NCBI GenBank assembly: GCA_963666565.1
Contig: OY762911.1
Coordinates: 3,904,001-3,968,000, forward strand
DNA from: Thermoanaerobaculia bacterium
GTDB taxonomy: Bacteria; Acidobacteriota; Thermoanaerobaculia; Multivoradales; Multivoraceae
Length of the DNA: 64,000 nucleotides
Reading direction: 5' to 3'
Shown here: positions 18,170 through 27,278 of the stretch, piece after piece
Position numbering within the stretch: position 1 is the first letter of the stretch
How the letters are laid out: every line of letters starts with the position of its first letter
Program-made: the position numbers and the translations under genes
The notes under the pieces: model-generated
The model's database searches: none
What the model was told of the DNA's origin: nothing
The model's input: only the letters and a program-made list of their open reading frames with translations

Positions 18170-19855
18170 CTACTCCGGCAGCGCGAACACCCAGAGCACG
18201 CCGCCCTGCGGCACGTAGGTGTTCGTGCCGATGGCGCCGTCGAGGTGGTTCGTGCCGCGCTGCGCGTCGACGCCCCAGCCCGACTGGACCGCGACGTACT
18301 GCACGCCGTCGACCTCGAAGGAGGTGGGCACCCCGGTGACGCCCGAGTTGGTCCGCTGGCGCCACAGGATCTCCCCGGTCGCGGCGTCGAAGGCGCGGAA
18401 GTAGCGGTCGCTGGTGCCGCCCATGAAGACGAGGCCGCCGCCCGTCGTCAGCACCGGCCCCCACAGCTTGCGCTCGAACTCGACCGTCCACACCTTCTCG
18501 CGCGTGTCCAGGTTCCAGGCCTGGAGCTCGCCGTAGTGCTCCGCATCCTCGCGCGAAACGAAGTTCCCCTCCATGCCCATGAAGGTGCGACCCGGCCGGT
18601 AGTCCTCCTCGACCCCCTCCAGGTAGGAGCAGGTGTTCTCGTTGGCGGGGATGTAGAGCAGCTTCGTGTCCGGGCTCCAGGCCGCGGGAGGCCAGTTCTT
18701 GCCGCCGGACCAGGACGGACAGAACACGGCGCCTTCTCCCGTCGCCGGGGTCTTCGCCGGGTCGTACTCGGGGCGACCGGTGTCGGCATCGATCGACGTG
18801 AACACGTCCTGGTGGACGAACTGCGTCGCGTCCAGGAAGTCGATCGAGTCGGCGCTCCGCTCCAAGACCCAGAGGTAGGCGTTGCGCCCCGGATGGACGA
18901 GTGCCTTGCGGGTCGAGCCGCCCCGCTCCACGTCGATCAGCAGCGGCGGATCGACCTCGTCCCAGTCCCAACTGTCGTTCCAGTGGTACTGGTGGTGCGC
19001 CTTCAACTCGCCGGTGTCGACGTCGAGCGCCAGCACGGAGGTGGCGTAGAGGTTGTCGCCGGGACGCGCGTCGCCCGTCCACGGACCGCCGTTGCCGGTG
19101 CCCCAGTAGGTCAGCCGCAGTTCCGGGTCGTAGGTGCCGGTGACCCAGACCGGCACACCGCCGGTCCGCCAGGTGTCGCCGGGCCAACTGTCGTGGCCCG
19201 GCTCGCCCGGCCCGGGAATCGTGTACGTCTTCCAGAGTTCGTCCCCGCTGTCCGCGTCGTAGGCGGCGACGAAGCCGCGGATGCCCCACTCGCCGCCGGA
19301 CACGCCGACCATCACCTTGCCCTCGACCGCCAGCGGCGCCAGGGTCATGTAGTAGCCGCGGGCGTAGTTCTCGACCGCCGTCTCCCAGGCCACCTCGCCC
19401 GTCCGCGCGTCGAGGGCGATCAGGCGGGCGTCGACCGTGGCAACGTAGGCGCGATCTCCCCACAGCGCGACGCCCCGGTTCGTCGGGTGCATCTGCTGCA
19501 GGTCTTCGGGAAGCTCCGGGACGAACCGCCACAGCAGGTCGCCGGACCGGGCGTCGAGGGCGAGGACGCGGCTGCCCGGCGTCGTGATGAACAGCGTCCC
19601 GTCGTTGACGATCGGCGGCGACTGGTGACCCTCGTTGATGCCGGTCGAGAAGGTCCAGGCGGGGACGAGGGAGGCGACGTTCGAGGCGTCGATCCGGTCC
19701 AGCGGGCTGTAGCCCCAGCCGTCGTAGGTGCGCCGGTACATGAGCCAGTTCTCCGGCTCCGGCGCGAGCAGCCGTTCCTGGGTCACCGGCCGGTAACCAC
19801 GCTCCTGGGCGACGGCGGGCGCGACCACCGGGGCCAGCGCGACGAGGGCGACCAA
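18170..19855 (-). CDS. PQQ-dependent dehydrogenase (alcohol dehydrogenase type), exported
   Basis: WLMY...Y..W.YSPL..I...NV..L..AW, repeated DA.TG...W propeller motifs, SGGEWG, GTGNGGPW, WDWD, GGKNW; start uncertain (in-frame TTG 19855). Confidence 0.9.
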   Translation of the reverse strand: MVALVALAPVVAPAVAQERGYRPVTQERLLAPEPENWLMYRRTYDGWGYSPLDRIDASNVASLVPAWTFSTGINEGHQSPPIVNDGTLFITTPGSRVLALDARSGDLLWRFVPELPEDLQQMHPTNRGVALWGDRAYVATVDARLIALDARTGEVAWETAVENYARGYYMTLAPLAVEGKVMVGVSGGEWGIRGFVAAYDADSGDELWKTYTIPGPGEPGHDSWPGDTWRTGGVPVWVTGTYDPELRLTYWGTGNGGPWTGDARPGDNLYATSVLALDVDTGELKAHHQYHWNDSWDWDEVDPPLLIDVERGGSTRKALVHPGRNAYLWVLERSADSIDFLDATQFVHQDVFTSIDADTGRPEYDPAKTPATGEGAVFCPSWSGGKNWPPAAWSPDTKLLYIPANENTCSYLEGVEEDYRPGRTFMGMEGNFVSREDAEHYGELQAWNLDTREKVWTVEFERKLWGPVLTTGGGLVFMGGTSDRYFRAFDAATGEILWRQRTNSGVTGVPTSFEVDGVQYVAVQSGWGVDAQRGTNHLDGAIGTNTYVPQGGVLWVFALPE

Positions 19856-19954
19856 CCGTCGCAGACGTATCCGGTGCGCGCGAGTTCCATAGCTGAGGCA
19901 AGTTTCGGGTCGAAGGAACGGGCGCGGTCGCCACCGCTTCGCGGCGCGTTTCCT

Positions 19955-20001
19955 GGCCGCCTGCGGCGGCAGCCGGCGGGGACGCCGGCGCACCCGGTGT
20001 G
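19955..20001 (+). repeat. REP-like palindromic repeat (variant B)
   Basis: GGCCGCCTGCGGCGGCAGCCGGCGGGGACGCCGGCGCACCCGGTGTG; same first hairpin and GCACCC tail as variant A. Confidence 0.8.
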
Positions 20002-20073
20002 GGGCGTCAACGACCCACCGGTTCGTCGGTCCGAGGCGAAGCCTCGCCAGAACTGCATGGCGATCCACCATCG

Positions 20074-20634
20074 TCAGAACTCCTTCTCGAACCGAATCGT
20101 CGCGCTGAAGCCGCCCGCCGCGACCGGCACGCCCTCTTCCGAGCGGAGCGGCAGCGACGGCAGCCGTCGCGGCGCTGGCCCCGAGATGACCTCCGCCGCG
20201 TCGCGCGGGTCGAACTCCGAGTCGTGGCAGCCGCAGACCAGGAACTCCGCCTCCTCGGACCAGTCCTCGATATCGCAGCCGGTGTGGGTGCAGATGCCCG
20301 AGTAGGCGACGACGCCGTCCGCCGACGCTTCCCGCGTCTCCGGCGCCAGCGAGTCGGGCTCGAAGCGCAGCAGCAGCACCTGGTTCAGGCGCGAGCCGTC
20401 GCGGACCGCGCCGCTGGCCGGGTCCATCGCGTAGCAGATGAGCTGTTCGCTCGCGAGCGGCACGTCGTCGATCCGGACCGTCTCGCCCTGGCGCGGCCCG
20501 AACGCGAAGACGAAGCGGTCGCCCTCTTGCGGCCGGGCCTTGCGCGGGTCGTCCGACTGCGCGTGCAGCACGTTCAGGCTGCGCACGCCCAGGCCCAGAC
20601 CGAGGGTGGACTTGAGCACGGTCCGGCGGTCCAT
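20074..20634 (-). CDS. Tat-exported Rieske [2Fe-2S] protein
   Basis: DRRTVLK Tat motif; CTHTGC and CGCHDS.FD; GPAPRRLP. Confidence 0.92.
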   Translation of the reverse strand: MDRRTVLKSTLGLGLGVRSLNVLHAQSDDPRKARPQEGDRFVFAFGPRQGETVRIDDVPLASEQLICYAMDPASGAVRDGSRLNQVLLLRFEPDSLAPETREASADGVVAYSGICTHTGCDIEDWSEEAEFLVCGCHDSEFDPRDAAEVISGPAPRRLPSLPLRSEEGVPVAAGGFSATIRFEKEF

Positions 20635-20734
20635 CGCCGGCAGAGGCTAGCAGCCCGGTGCTACGATCTCGTCCCCTCAGGAACCGCCTTGGACCACTCC
20701 CCGCGGGGCCGCCCGCCCCGACAAAGGACCGCAG

Positions 20735-22171
20735 ATGATCGACATCCCCGCCATCCGTTGGGGCAAGCCCTACGAGTCGCTCGAGAAGGCGACGATCGTC
20801 CACTTCGAAACCGGCGACGAGCTGGCGACGCTGCACCAGACCAACCCCGGCCTGGTCCAGCGCGACATGCGCCGCGCCCAGCGCGCCCGCGACATCCTGC
20901 GCAAGATCCCTTCCAGCGAACTGATCTCCATGGTGACCGAGGCCGCCGATCTCTACCTGAACGCCGACCTTCCCCTCGGCAGCGGCAGCCAGACTCCGGA
21001 GGACTTCGTCCACTACCAGTCGGCGACGACCGGCCTGCCCGAGCACATGTGCCGGGCGAACATGGACAAGAACCACTTCGTGCTGACGAACATGGGCGAG
21101 GTGCTGGAAGCCCTGACGCGCGGTCTCGACCTCGACATCCTGGCCCGCGGCCACGGCATGGAAGAGCGCGGCGTGCCGGTGAGCTACCAGGCGCAGGCGC
21201 CGGTGATCGGCCTGGTGCTGCCGTCCAACTCGCCGGGCGTCCACACGCTGTGGATGCCGGTCATTCCGCTCCAGATCGGCCTCGTGTTCAAGCCGGGACC
21301 GCAGGAGCCGTGGACGCCGTACCGGATGACCGAGGCGTTCGCGCAGGCCGGCGTGCCGCGCGAGGCCATCTCGATCTACCCCGGCGAAGGCGACATCGGC
21401 GCCGCGGTTCTCGCCTCCTGCTCGCGCAGCATGATCTTCGGCGGCGCCGACACCGTGGCCCGCTACCAGAACGATCCCCGGGTCCAGCCGCACGGCCCCG
21501 GCTTCAGCAAGATCCTGCTCGGCGACGACGTCGTCGACGACTGGGAGCGGTACCTCGACGTGATGGTCGACAGCGTGCTGGTCAACAGCGGCCGGAGTTG
21601 CATCTCCTGCTCCGGCGTCTGGGCCTCGCGCCACACGGAGGACATCGCCCAGGCACTGGCCGAGCGGCTGGCGCCGGTGCTGCCGAAGCCGGCCGACGAC
21701 CCCGAGTCGCCGCTCGCCGCCTTTACCGTGCCGGGCATGGCGAAGGCGATCGACGGCATGATCGAGCGGCAGGTCGACGTTCCCGGCGTCCGCGACCTGA
21801 CCTCCAGGATCCGCGGCAACGGCCGGCTCGACGAACGCGAGCGCTGCGACTACCTGCTGCCGACGGTCCTCCACTGCGCCGACGCGGAGGTCGAAGCGGC
21901 CAACGTCGAGTACATGTTCCCTTTCGTTTCCGTCGTCGAATGCCCGCAGGCGAAGATGCTGAATGCGATCGGCGACACGCTGGTCTGCAGCGCGATCACG
22001 AACGACGAGCGCTGGCGGCGCCAACTGATCGACGCCACCCACGTCGACCGCCTGAACCTCGGCCCGGTGCCGACGATTCAGCTCAACTGGCTGCAGCCGC
22101 ACGAAGGGAACATCATCGACTTCCTGTTCCGGGCGCGGGCGTTCCAGGAGGCGGAGGTGGCCTCAGGCTGA
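20735..22171 (+). CDS. aldehyde dehydrogenase-fold protein, GriD/LuxC-like acyl reductase subunit
   Basis: LPSNSPGVH.LW, KPG.QEPWTP, HGPGFSK, NSGRSCISCS, EYMFPF. Confidence 0.8.
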   Translation: MIDIPAIRWGKPYESLEKATIVHFETGDELATLHQTNPGLVQRDMRRAQRARDILRKIPSSELISMVTEAADLYLNADLPLGSGSQTPEDFVHYQSATTGLPEHMCRANMDKNHFVLTNMGEVLEALTRGLDLDILARGHGMEERGVPVSYQAQAPVIGLVLPSNSPGVHTLWMPVIPLQIGLVFKPGPQEPWTPYRMTEAFAQAGVPREAISIYPGEGDIGAAVLASCSRSMIFGGADTVARYQNDPRVQPHGPGFSKILLGDDVVDDWERYLDVMVDSVLVNSGRSCISCSGVWASRHTEDIAQALAERLAPVLPKPADDPESPLAAFTVPGMAKAIDGMIERQVDVPGVRDLTSRIRGNGRLDERERCDYLLPTVLHCADAEVEAANVEYMFPFVSVVECPQAKMLNAIGDTLVCSAITNDERWRRQLIDATHVDRLNLGPVPTIQLNWLQPHEGNIIDFLFRARAFQEAEVASG

Positions 22172-22879
22172 GGCGGCCTGTACCTCGCCGCCGCCAGCGG
22201 CTCTCAGCTCGTCGTACCAGTCCTTGACTCGTTCCGGCGACCAGGGCGTCACCGCGCAGTCGGCGACGAAACAGACCTGGTCAGCGATCTCCTCGACCAG
22301 TTCGAGGCGATGGGACGAGAGCAGCACTCCGCGACCGCCGGCGGCGAACTCCCGGAGCATCCGGCAGAGGCGCGCCACCGCGACCGGGTCGAGGCCGTTG
22401 AACGGCTCGTCGAGGATCAGCAGTTCCGGCTCGTGCAGCAGCGCCGCGGCCAGGGCCAGTTGCCGCCGATTTCCCGTCGACAACTGGTGACACAAGCGAT
22501 CGGCGGTCGGCACTTCGAGCGCTTCCAGCAGCTCGACCGCACGGCGCCGAGCATCGCCGACCTTCAGACCATGTAGAACGGCGCAGTACTCCAGGAACTC
22601 GAGCGGTCGGAGAAAGTCGAAGAGCTCGTCCTCTTCCAGCAGAATGCCGACCCTGGCCATCGCCTCCGGATGAAGCCGCGGGTCCTGCCCGAACATCCGT
22701 ACCGTGCCCGCGTCCGGTTCGGTCAGCCCCAGCCCGAGCCGCATCAGCGTCGTCTTGCCGGCTCCGTTCCGGCCCACCAGGCACTGGACGCCCGCGCCGA
22801 TCTCGAGGTCCACCGAGCTCAGCACCTCCAAGTCGCCGTAGGACTTGTCGACCGAATCCAGCCGCAACATCGCCGTCAT
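22163..22879 (-). CDS. ABC transporter ATP-binding protein
   Basis: GRNGAGKTT Walker A, LSTGN signature variant, LILDEP, SSH. Confidence 0.92.
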   Translation of the reverse strand: MTAMLRLDSVDKSYGDLEVLSSVDLEIGAGVQCLVGRNGAGKTTLMRLGLGLTEPDAGTVRMFGQDPRLHPEAMARVGILLEEDELFDFLRPLEFLEYCAVLHGLKVGDARRRAVELLEALEVPTADRLCHQLSTGNRRQLALAAALLHEPELLILDEPFNGLDPVAVARLCRMLREFAAGGRGVLLSSHRLELVEEIADQVCFVADCAVTPWSPERVKDWYDELRAAGGGEVQAASA

Positions 22880-24750
22880 GCCGTCACCGCCCATTCCCGC
22901 AACCGGCGTCGCAGCCAGTCGCCCTTGGCCAGGGTGGCCACGAATGCCGAACATCCGCCGGCCGAGACCAGCAGCAGGACCGTCATCGTGACCACCGCGG
23001 TTCCGGAACCGGCAAGCAACCGCGCTGCCGCCGCCGCGCCGCCGAAGACGGAGACGAGAACCAGCCAGCCGCTACCGAGCAACCCAAGCGCCAGCACGCT
23101 GGAGTAGAGGTCGCGCTGCTCGTGCAGCTTCGGCCGCCTGGGCAACCAGATCGAAACCGACGTGCCGGCGCCCGCCAGACCGACCAGCGAGCACCCGGCG
23201 ATCAGGAACGGGATCGGCCGGTCCGCGGCCGGGATCCGCTCGGCAAGAAGCCAGACCGCGGCCGCCAACTGCAGCAGCACCAGGCCGCCAACGACAGCCA
23301 CGAGACCGAGCACCTTCCCGGGCAGGCAGGCGCCAAGAGCCCTTTCGGCCGACATCGAGAGTCGCCGTACGCCGTCCGCCGTGAACCCGAGCAGGTTGGC
23401 GAAGAAGGCAATCCAGAACACGCAGAGAAGGGCGCCGAGCCCGGACGCCATCCAGAGAGCGAACTGTCCGCCGTCCTCCCCGACCGCAGACTCCTCGCCG
23501 CGGAGAACGATCGCCATGAAGACCGGCATGATCCAACTGAGTATCAGATTCAGCCGTACCTGACGGAAGCGGAGCATCATCCGCGCCTCCGCGAGAGCAA
23601 AGACGAAGACCGGCCGCGCTCGGATGCCCGCCGGCGCCCGGCCGGCGGAGGCCGCCCCCGACGGCTTCTCCCGCAAACTGGCCGAGGGGCTCTGCGGCTG
23701 CCGGCGCGAGGCCCGCCATCCGAGGTTCCACTTCTTCCCTGCGCCGCGGTCGTCCGGACTCCTCTGCTCCAGCGCGAAAGCCGCGGCGAGCAGCGCAAGC
23801 AGCGCGAGCAGCCGGCCGCCGCTCACGGCCCCTTGAGCCCAGACCGCCTCGGCCGCCCACAGCGGTTCGACGGCGCTCGCCGCCAGAACCGTCAGGAGCA
23901 GCAGCCCGAGACCGGCGCCCAACCAGCGCCGCCGACCCCCCGCCCCGAGAATCACCGCGCCCACCGGACCCGCAACGATCATCGCGGCCACGGCGCCGGC
24001 CACGTCCATGCCCTCGAACGCCCACTCCGGCCCCCGCGGCCACCCGGCGCCCCACAGCCCGAGCGCCAGCGCCTCGTTGAGCAGCACCAGCACCAGCGTC
24101 AGGCCCATGACGTTCGTGCCGGTCGTCAACGCCGCACGCCGGGCCGCCGACAGGCCGAACCTCACGCCCGCGCGCCGGTCGAACCAGGGCGCCAGCGGCG
24201 CCAACTGGAGCAGCGTCATGACCACGAAGAAGGCGACGATCGCGAAGAGCGGATCTACCGGTAAATCCCTCGGAGGTCCCTGCTCCGAACTCGCGGAGGC
24301 GAAGAAGAGGTTGACGAGCAAAAACACCGCCAACGCCCCGGCGAAGACCAGCTTCCCCTTCTCGCTCAGCGCCTTCCGCCAAGCGGCCAGCACACGGAAG
24401 CGGACCACCGTGAGGTTCGCCCCGAACAGCCCTCTCCTGCGATCGGCCGAAGCGCTCCCGGCCGACCGAGCGACAACTCCAGTGACCGGCGCCGCCGAGT
24501 GTTCATCGGCGGCCCACCATTGACCCGCACTGTCGTCCCCCAACTCCTCGCGCAGTTCCGACAGCCGCTTCTCGCGCCTGAGTTTCCACTCGAAGTGAGC
24601 GCCCGCGCAAAGGCATGCAACACCAAGTCCGACGTAGCTCCACCCCGTCGTCGCGTTCTCCCCGGCGAGGTGCCAAAGCCCCAGAAGCAGCCAACCCGTG
24701 CCGCAAACCGGGTACCCGAACCGCCGCAACTTCCTCCGGCGCTCCGTCAC
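22876..24750 (-). CDS. putative ABC exporter permease
   Basis: More than 10 hydrophobic helices; ATGA overlap with the ATPase gene. Confidence 0.7.
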   Translation of the reverse strand: MTERRRKLRRFGYPVCGTGWLLLGLWHLAGENATTGWSYVGLGVACLCAGAHFEWKLRREKRLSELREELGDDSAGQWWAADEHSAAPVTGVVARSAGSASADRRRGLFGANLTVVRFRVLAAWRKALSEKGKLVFAGALAVFLLVNLFFASASSEQGPPRDLPVDPLFAIVAFFVVMTLLQLAPLAPWFDRRAGVRFGLSAARRAALTTGTNVMGLTLVLVLLNEALALGLWGAGWPRGPEWAFEGMDVAGAVAAMIVAGPVGAVILGAGGRRRWLGAGLGLLLLTVLAASAVEPLWAAEAVWAQGAVSGGRLLALLALLAAAFALEQRSPDDRGAGKKWNLGWRASRRQPQSPSASLREKPSGAASAGRAPAGIRARPVFVFALAEARMMLRFRQVRLNLILSWIMPVFMAIVLRGEESAVGEDGGQFALWMASGLGALLCVFWIAFFANLLGFTADGVRRLSMSAERALGACLPGKVLGLVAVVGGLVLLQLAAAVWLLAERIPAADRPIPFLIAGCSLVGLAGAGTSVSIWLPRRPKLHEQRDLYSSVLALGLLGSGWLVLVSVFGGAAAAARLLAGSGTAVVTMTVLLLVSAGGCSAFVATLAKGDWLRRRLREWAVTA

Positions 24751-24904
24751 GTCCTTTCCCCGGTCCTCCGGTCAGTCCCTCCTGAGTCGCGGGAGTCTAA
24801 CTGCCTGCGGGCCATACCGGCCACGGCTGCGGGTAACTGGCCACGCCCTCTCGCAAGCCGCGGTCAGAGCCCGGGGACCTCTTGCCGCTGTACCATCGCC
24901 CACC

Positions 24905-25870
24905 ATGCGCAAGCGGCTGGCCTCGGGCATCGAGCTCCGCAACGCGAGTTCCGACTCGGACTATGCGGCGGTGGTCGACCTCCAGCGCGAGACCTGGGGC
25001 GACGCCTTCGACGATGCGGTGCCGCCGCCGATGCTGAGGATCTCCCAGAAGATGGGCGGCGTGGTCGCCGGCGCCTTCGACGAGGACGGCCGGATGCTCG
25101 GCTTCATTTACGGGATGAGCGGCTTCCGCTTCGGGCAGCGCGCGCACTGGTCCCACATGCTCGCGGTGGCGCGGGAGGCCCGCGGCCTCGCGCTGGGCCG
25201 CGAGCTCAAGGCGTTCCAGCGGGAGCTTCTGCTGGAACTGGATGTCGAGACGGTGTACTGGACCTACGACCCGCTGGTCGCCCGGAACGCGAACTTGAAC
25301 CTGAACCGGCTCGGCGCGCTGCCGGTCGAGTACGTAGAGGACATGTACGGCGAGGACACGGGCAGCATCCTGCACAGCGGGCTGGGCACGGACCGCTTCA
25401 TCGTCGCCTGGCCGATCGCGAGCGAGCGGGTCGCGCGGCTGATGGAGGCCGGTCCGGCCGCCGGGCCGACCCGGGACACGCCGCCTTTCCCCGTCGACGA
25501 GACGCTGCCTGACACGGCGTGGGTCGAGGTGCCGCCGAACATCGGCGCCATCCTGCGCTCGTCGCCCGAGAACGCCTTCGCCTGGCGGCGGCGCACCCGG
25601 GCGCAGTTCCAGGAGCGCCTGAAGACGGGCTACGCGGTGACCGGATTCACGTGGCGCCAGAAACCAGAACCGGATGCCGGCCAGGACGCAGCCGCACCCG
25701 GTGTCCCGGAGACCGGCGAGGGTGAGCGCGTGCCGGGAGCCGCGGATGCCGGCGGGGACGCCGGCGCACCCATTGTTCCGGGTGCCGGTCAAGAGGCCGG
25801 CGCACCCAGCGTCTCGGACCGTCGCTACTACTACCGGCTCGGGAAGCCCGAAGAAACGGAGACGCAATGA
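24905..25870 (+). CDS. GNAT-family acyltransferase (putative amino-acid N-succinyltransferase)
   Basis: HWSHMLAV...RG..LG..LK..QR, WTYDPL..RNA.LN..RLG, Y.EDMYG, TDRF; coupled to OSBS/NSAR gene. Confidence 0.82.
   Translation: MRKRLASGIELRNASSDSDYAAVVDLQRETWGDAFDDAVPPPMLRISQKMGGVVAGAFDEDGRMLGFIYGMSGFRFGQRAHWSHMLAVAREARGLALGRELKAFQRELLLELDVETVYWTYDPLVARNANLNLNRLGALPVEYVEDMYGEDTGSILHSGLGTDRFIVAWPIASERVARLMEAGPAAGPTRDTPPFPVDETLPDTAWVEVPPNIGAILRSSPENAFAWRRRTRAQFQERLKTGYAVTGFTWRQKPEPDAGQDAAAPGVPETGEGERVPGAADAGGDAGAPIVPGAGQEAGAPSVSDRRYYYRLGKPEETETQ
25676..25809 (+). repeat. three REP-like copies in frame inside the GNAT gene
   Basis: Copies at 25676-25704, 25748-25771 and 25784-25809; the middle copy GCCGGCGGGGACGCCGGCGCACCC is identical to the intergenic copy at 52877. 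Confidence 0.8.
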
Positions 25871-26994
25871 GCCTTCAGATCGACTCGATCACCCTGCGCG
25901 AGATCCGGCTGCCCCTGGTCGAGCCGTTCCGCATCTCGTCCGGCGTCACGACGGCCCGCCGCATCCTGCTGCTGGAGCTGGTCGATGCCGACGGCGCATC
26001 GACCTGGTCCGAGTGCGTGGCCGGCGACTTCCCGAACTACTCGCCAGAGAGCATCGACACGGCGACCCTTGCGATCCGCGAGTGGCTGGCGCCTCGCGTG
26101 CTGGGCCGGCGGTTCGAAGCGCCCGGCCACGTGGCCGCGGCTCTGGCCGAGGATCTTCGCGGCCACGAAATGGCCCAGGCCGCGATCGAGATGGGCGCCT
26201 GGGCGCTGGCGGCGACCAAGGCCGGCCAGAGTCTCTCGTCGCTGCTCGGCGGCAGCCGCCAGCGGATCGGCACCGGCATCTCGATCGGCATCCAGAACTC
26301 GCCCGAGGAGCTCGCCGACAAGGCTGAGAAGGCGCTGGCCGAGGGCTACCGGAAGATCAAGCTGAAGATCAAGCCGGGCCAGGACTTGGACTACCTGCAC
26401 GCCGTGCGCGAGCGGCTCGGCCCGGACGCGCCCTTGATGGCCGACGCGAACAACGCCTACACGCTGGGCGACGTCGACCACCTCGTCCAACTCGACGACC
26501 TCGACCTGGTGATGGTCGAGCAGCCGCTGGCCTGGGACGACGTCGCCCGCCACGCCGAGCTACAGCGGCGGATGCGGACGCCGATCTGCCTCGACGAGTC
26601 GATCACGAACATCGCGCGCGCCGAAGACATGATCCGCCTCCGAGCCGGCCGGATCGTCAACATCAAGCCGGGCCGGGTCGCCGGGTTCACCGCGTCGAGA
26701 GCCATCCACGACCTCTGCGAGGCGAACGACATCCCGGTCTGGTGCGGCGGCATGCTGGAGAGCGGCATCGGCCGCGCGTACAACGTGGCCCTGGCCTCTC
26801 TGCCGAACTTCACGATCCCCGGCGACGTGAGCCCCAGCAACCGCTACTGGGCTCGAGACATCGTGTCGCCGGAGTGGACGATGAACGACGACGGCTGGGT
26901 CGACGTGTCGGACGGCCCCGGCCTGGGCGTCGAGGTCGACCGCGAGCGGGTCGAAGCGTTGACGGTGCAGCGGCAAACGCTTCGAGCCGATTGA
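25867..26994 (+). CDS. menC: o-succinylbenzoate synthase / N-succinylamino acid racemase (enolase superfamily)
   Basis: KIKLKIKP, DAN..Y, EQP, CLDES, NIKPGRV, WCGGMLESGIGRA, PGD.S.S.RYW. Confidence 0.88.
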   Translation: MSLQIDSITLREIRLPLVEPFRISSGVTTARRILLLELVDADGASTWSECVAGDFPNYSPESIDTATLAIREWLAPRVLGRRFEAPGHVAAALAEDLRGHEMAQAAIEMGAWALAATKAGQSLSSLLGGSRQRIGTGISIGIQNSPEELADKAEKALAEGYRKIKLKIKPGQDLDYLHAVRERLGPDAPLMADANNAYTLGDVDHLVQLDDLDLVMVEQPLAWDDVARHAELQRRMRTPICLDESITNIARAEDMIRLRAGRIVNIKPGRVAGFTASRAIHDLCEANDIPVWCGGMLESGIGRAYNVALASLPNFTIPGDVSPSNRYWARDIVSPEWTMNDDGWVDVSDGPGLGVEVDRERVEALTVQRQTLRAD

Positions 26995-27024
26995 CGGCGA
27001 AGCCGACTTCCGCTCGCGTAGACG

Positions 27025-27225
27025 TCAGCCGGTCCCCCTGAGTCTCAACATGGACCGCGTTGAGAGCACCACCCCGATGACGGCCAGAGCGCAAGCGCCC
27101 CAGAACACCGAGTCGAAGTCGCTCCCGCAGAATCGGAGGCCCACTTGCACGCCGCTGACTGCCGCCAGCAGCGTGCCGCCCACTCCCTGCCGAACGAGCC
27201 CACGTTCGGTCCGCACCTTTCCCAT
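27025..27225 (-). CDS. possible small two-TM hypothetical protein
   Basis: ATG 27225, two hydrophobic stretches, fills the gap downstream of the SDR gene. Confidence 0.3.
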   Translation of the reverse strand: MGKVRTERGLVRQGVGGTLLAAVSGVQVGLRFCGSDFDSVFWGACALAVIGVVLSTRSMLRLRGTG

Positions 27226-27278
27226 ACCGGAAGCCCTTCCCGTCCGTCGAACCGATTCTTCCCGGCGCCGGTCGCTGC

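Noticed and set aside
18170-22102. 1310-aa ORF as one giant PQQ protein
   Set aside because: The upstream part is the antisense of the ALDH-like gene and an off-frame reading of the Rieske gene; only about 18170-19855 has PQQ motifs
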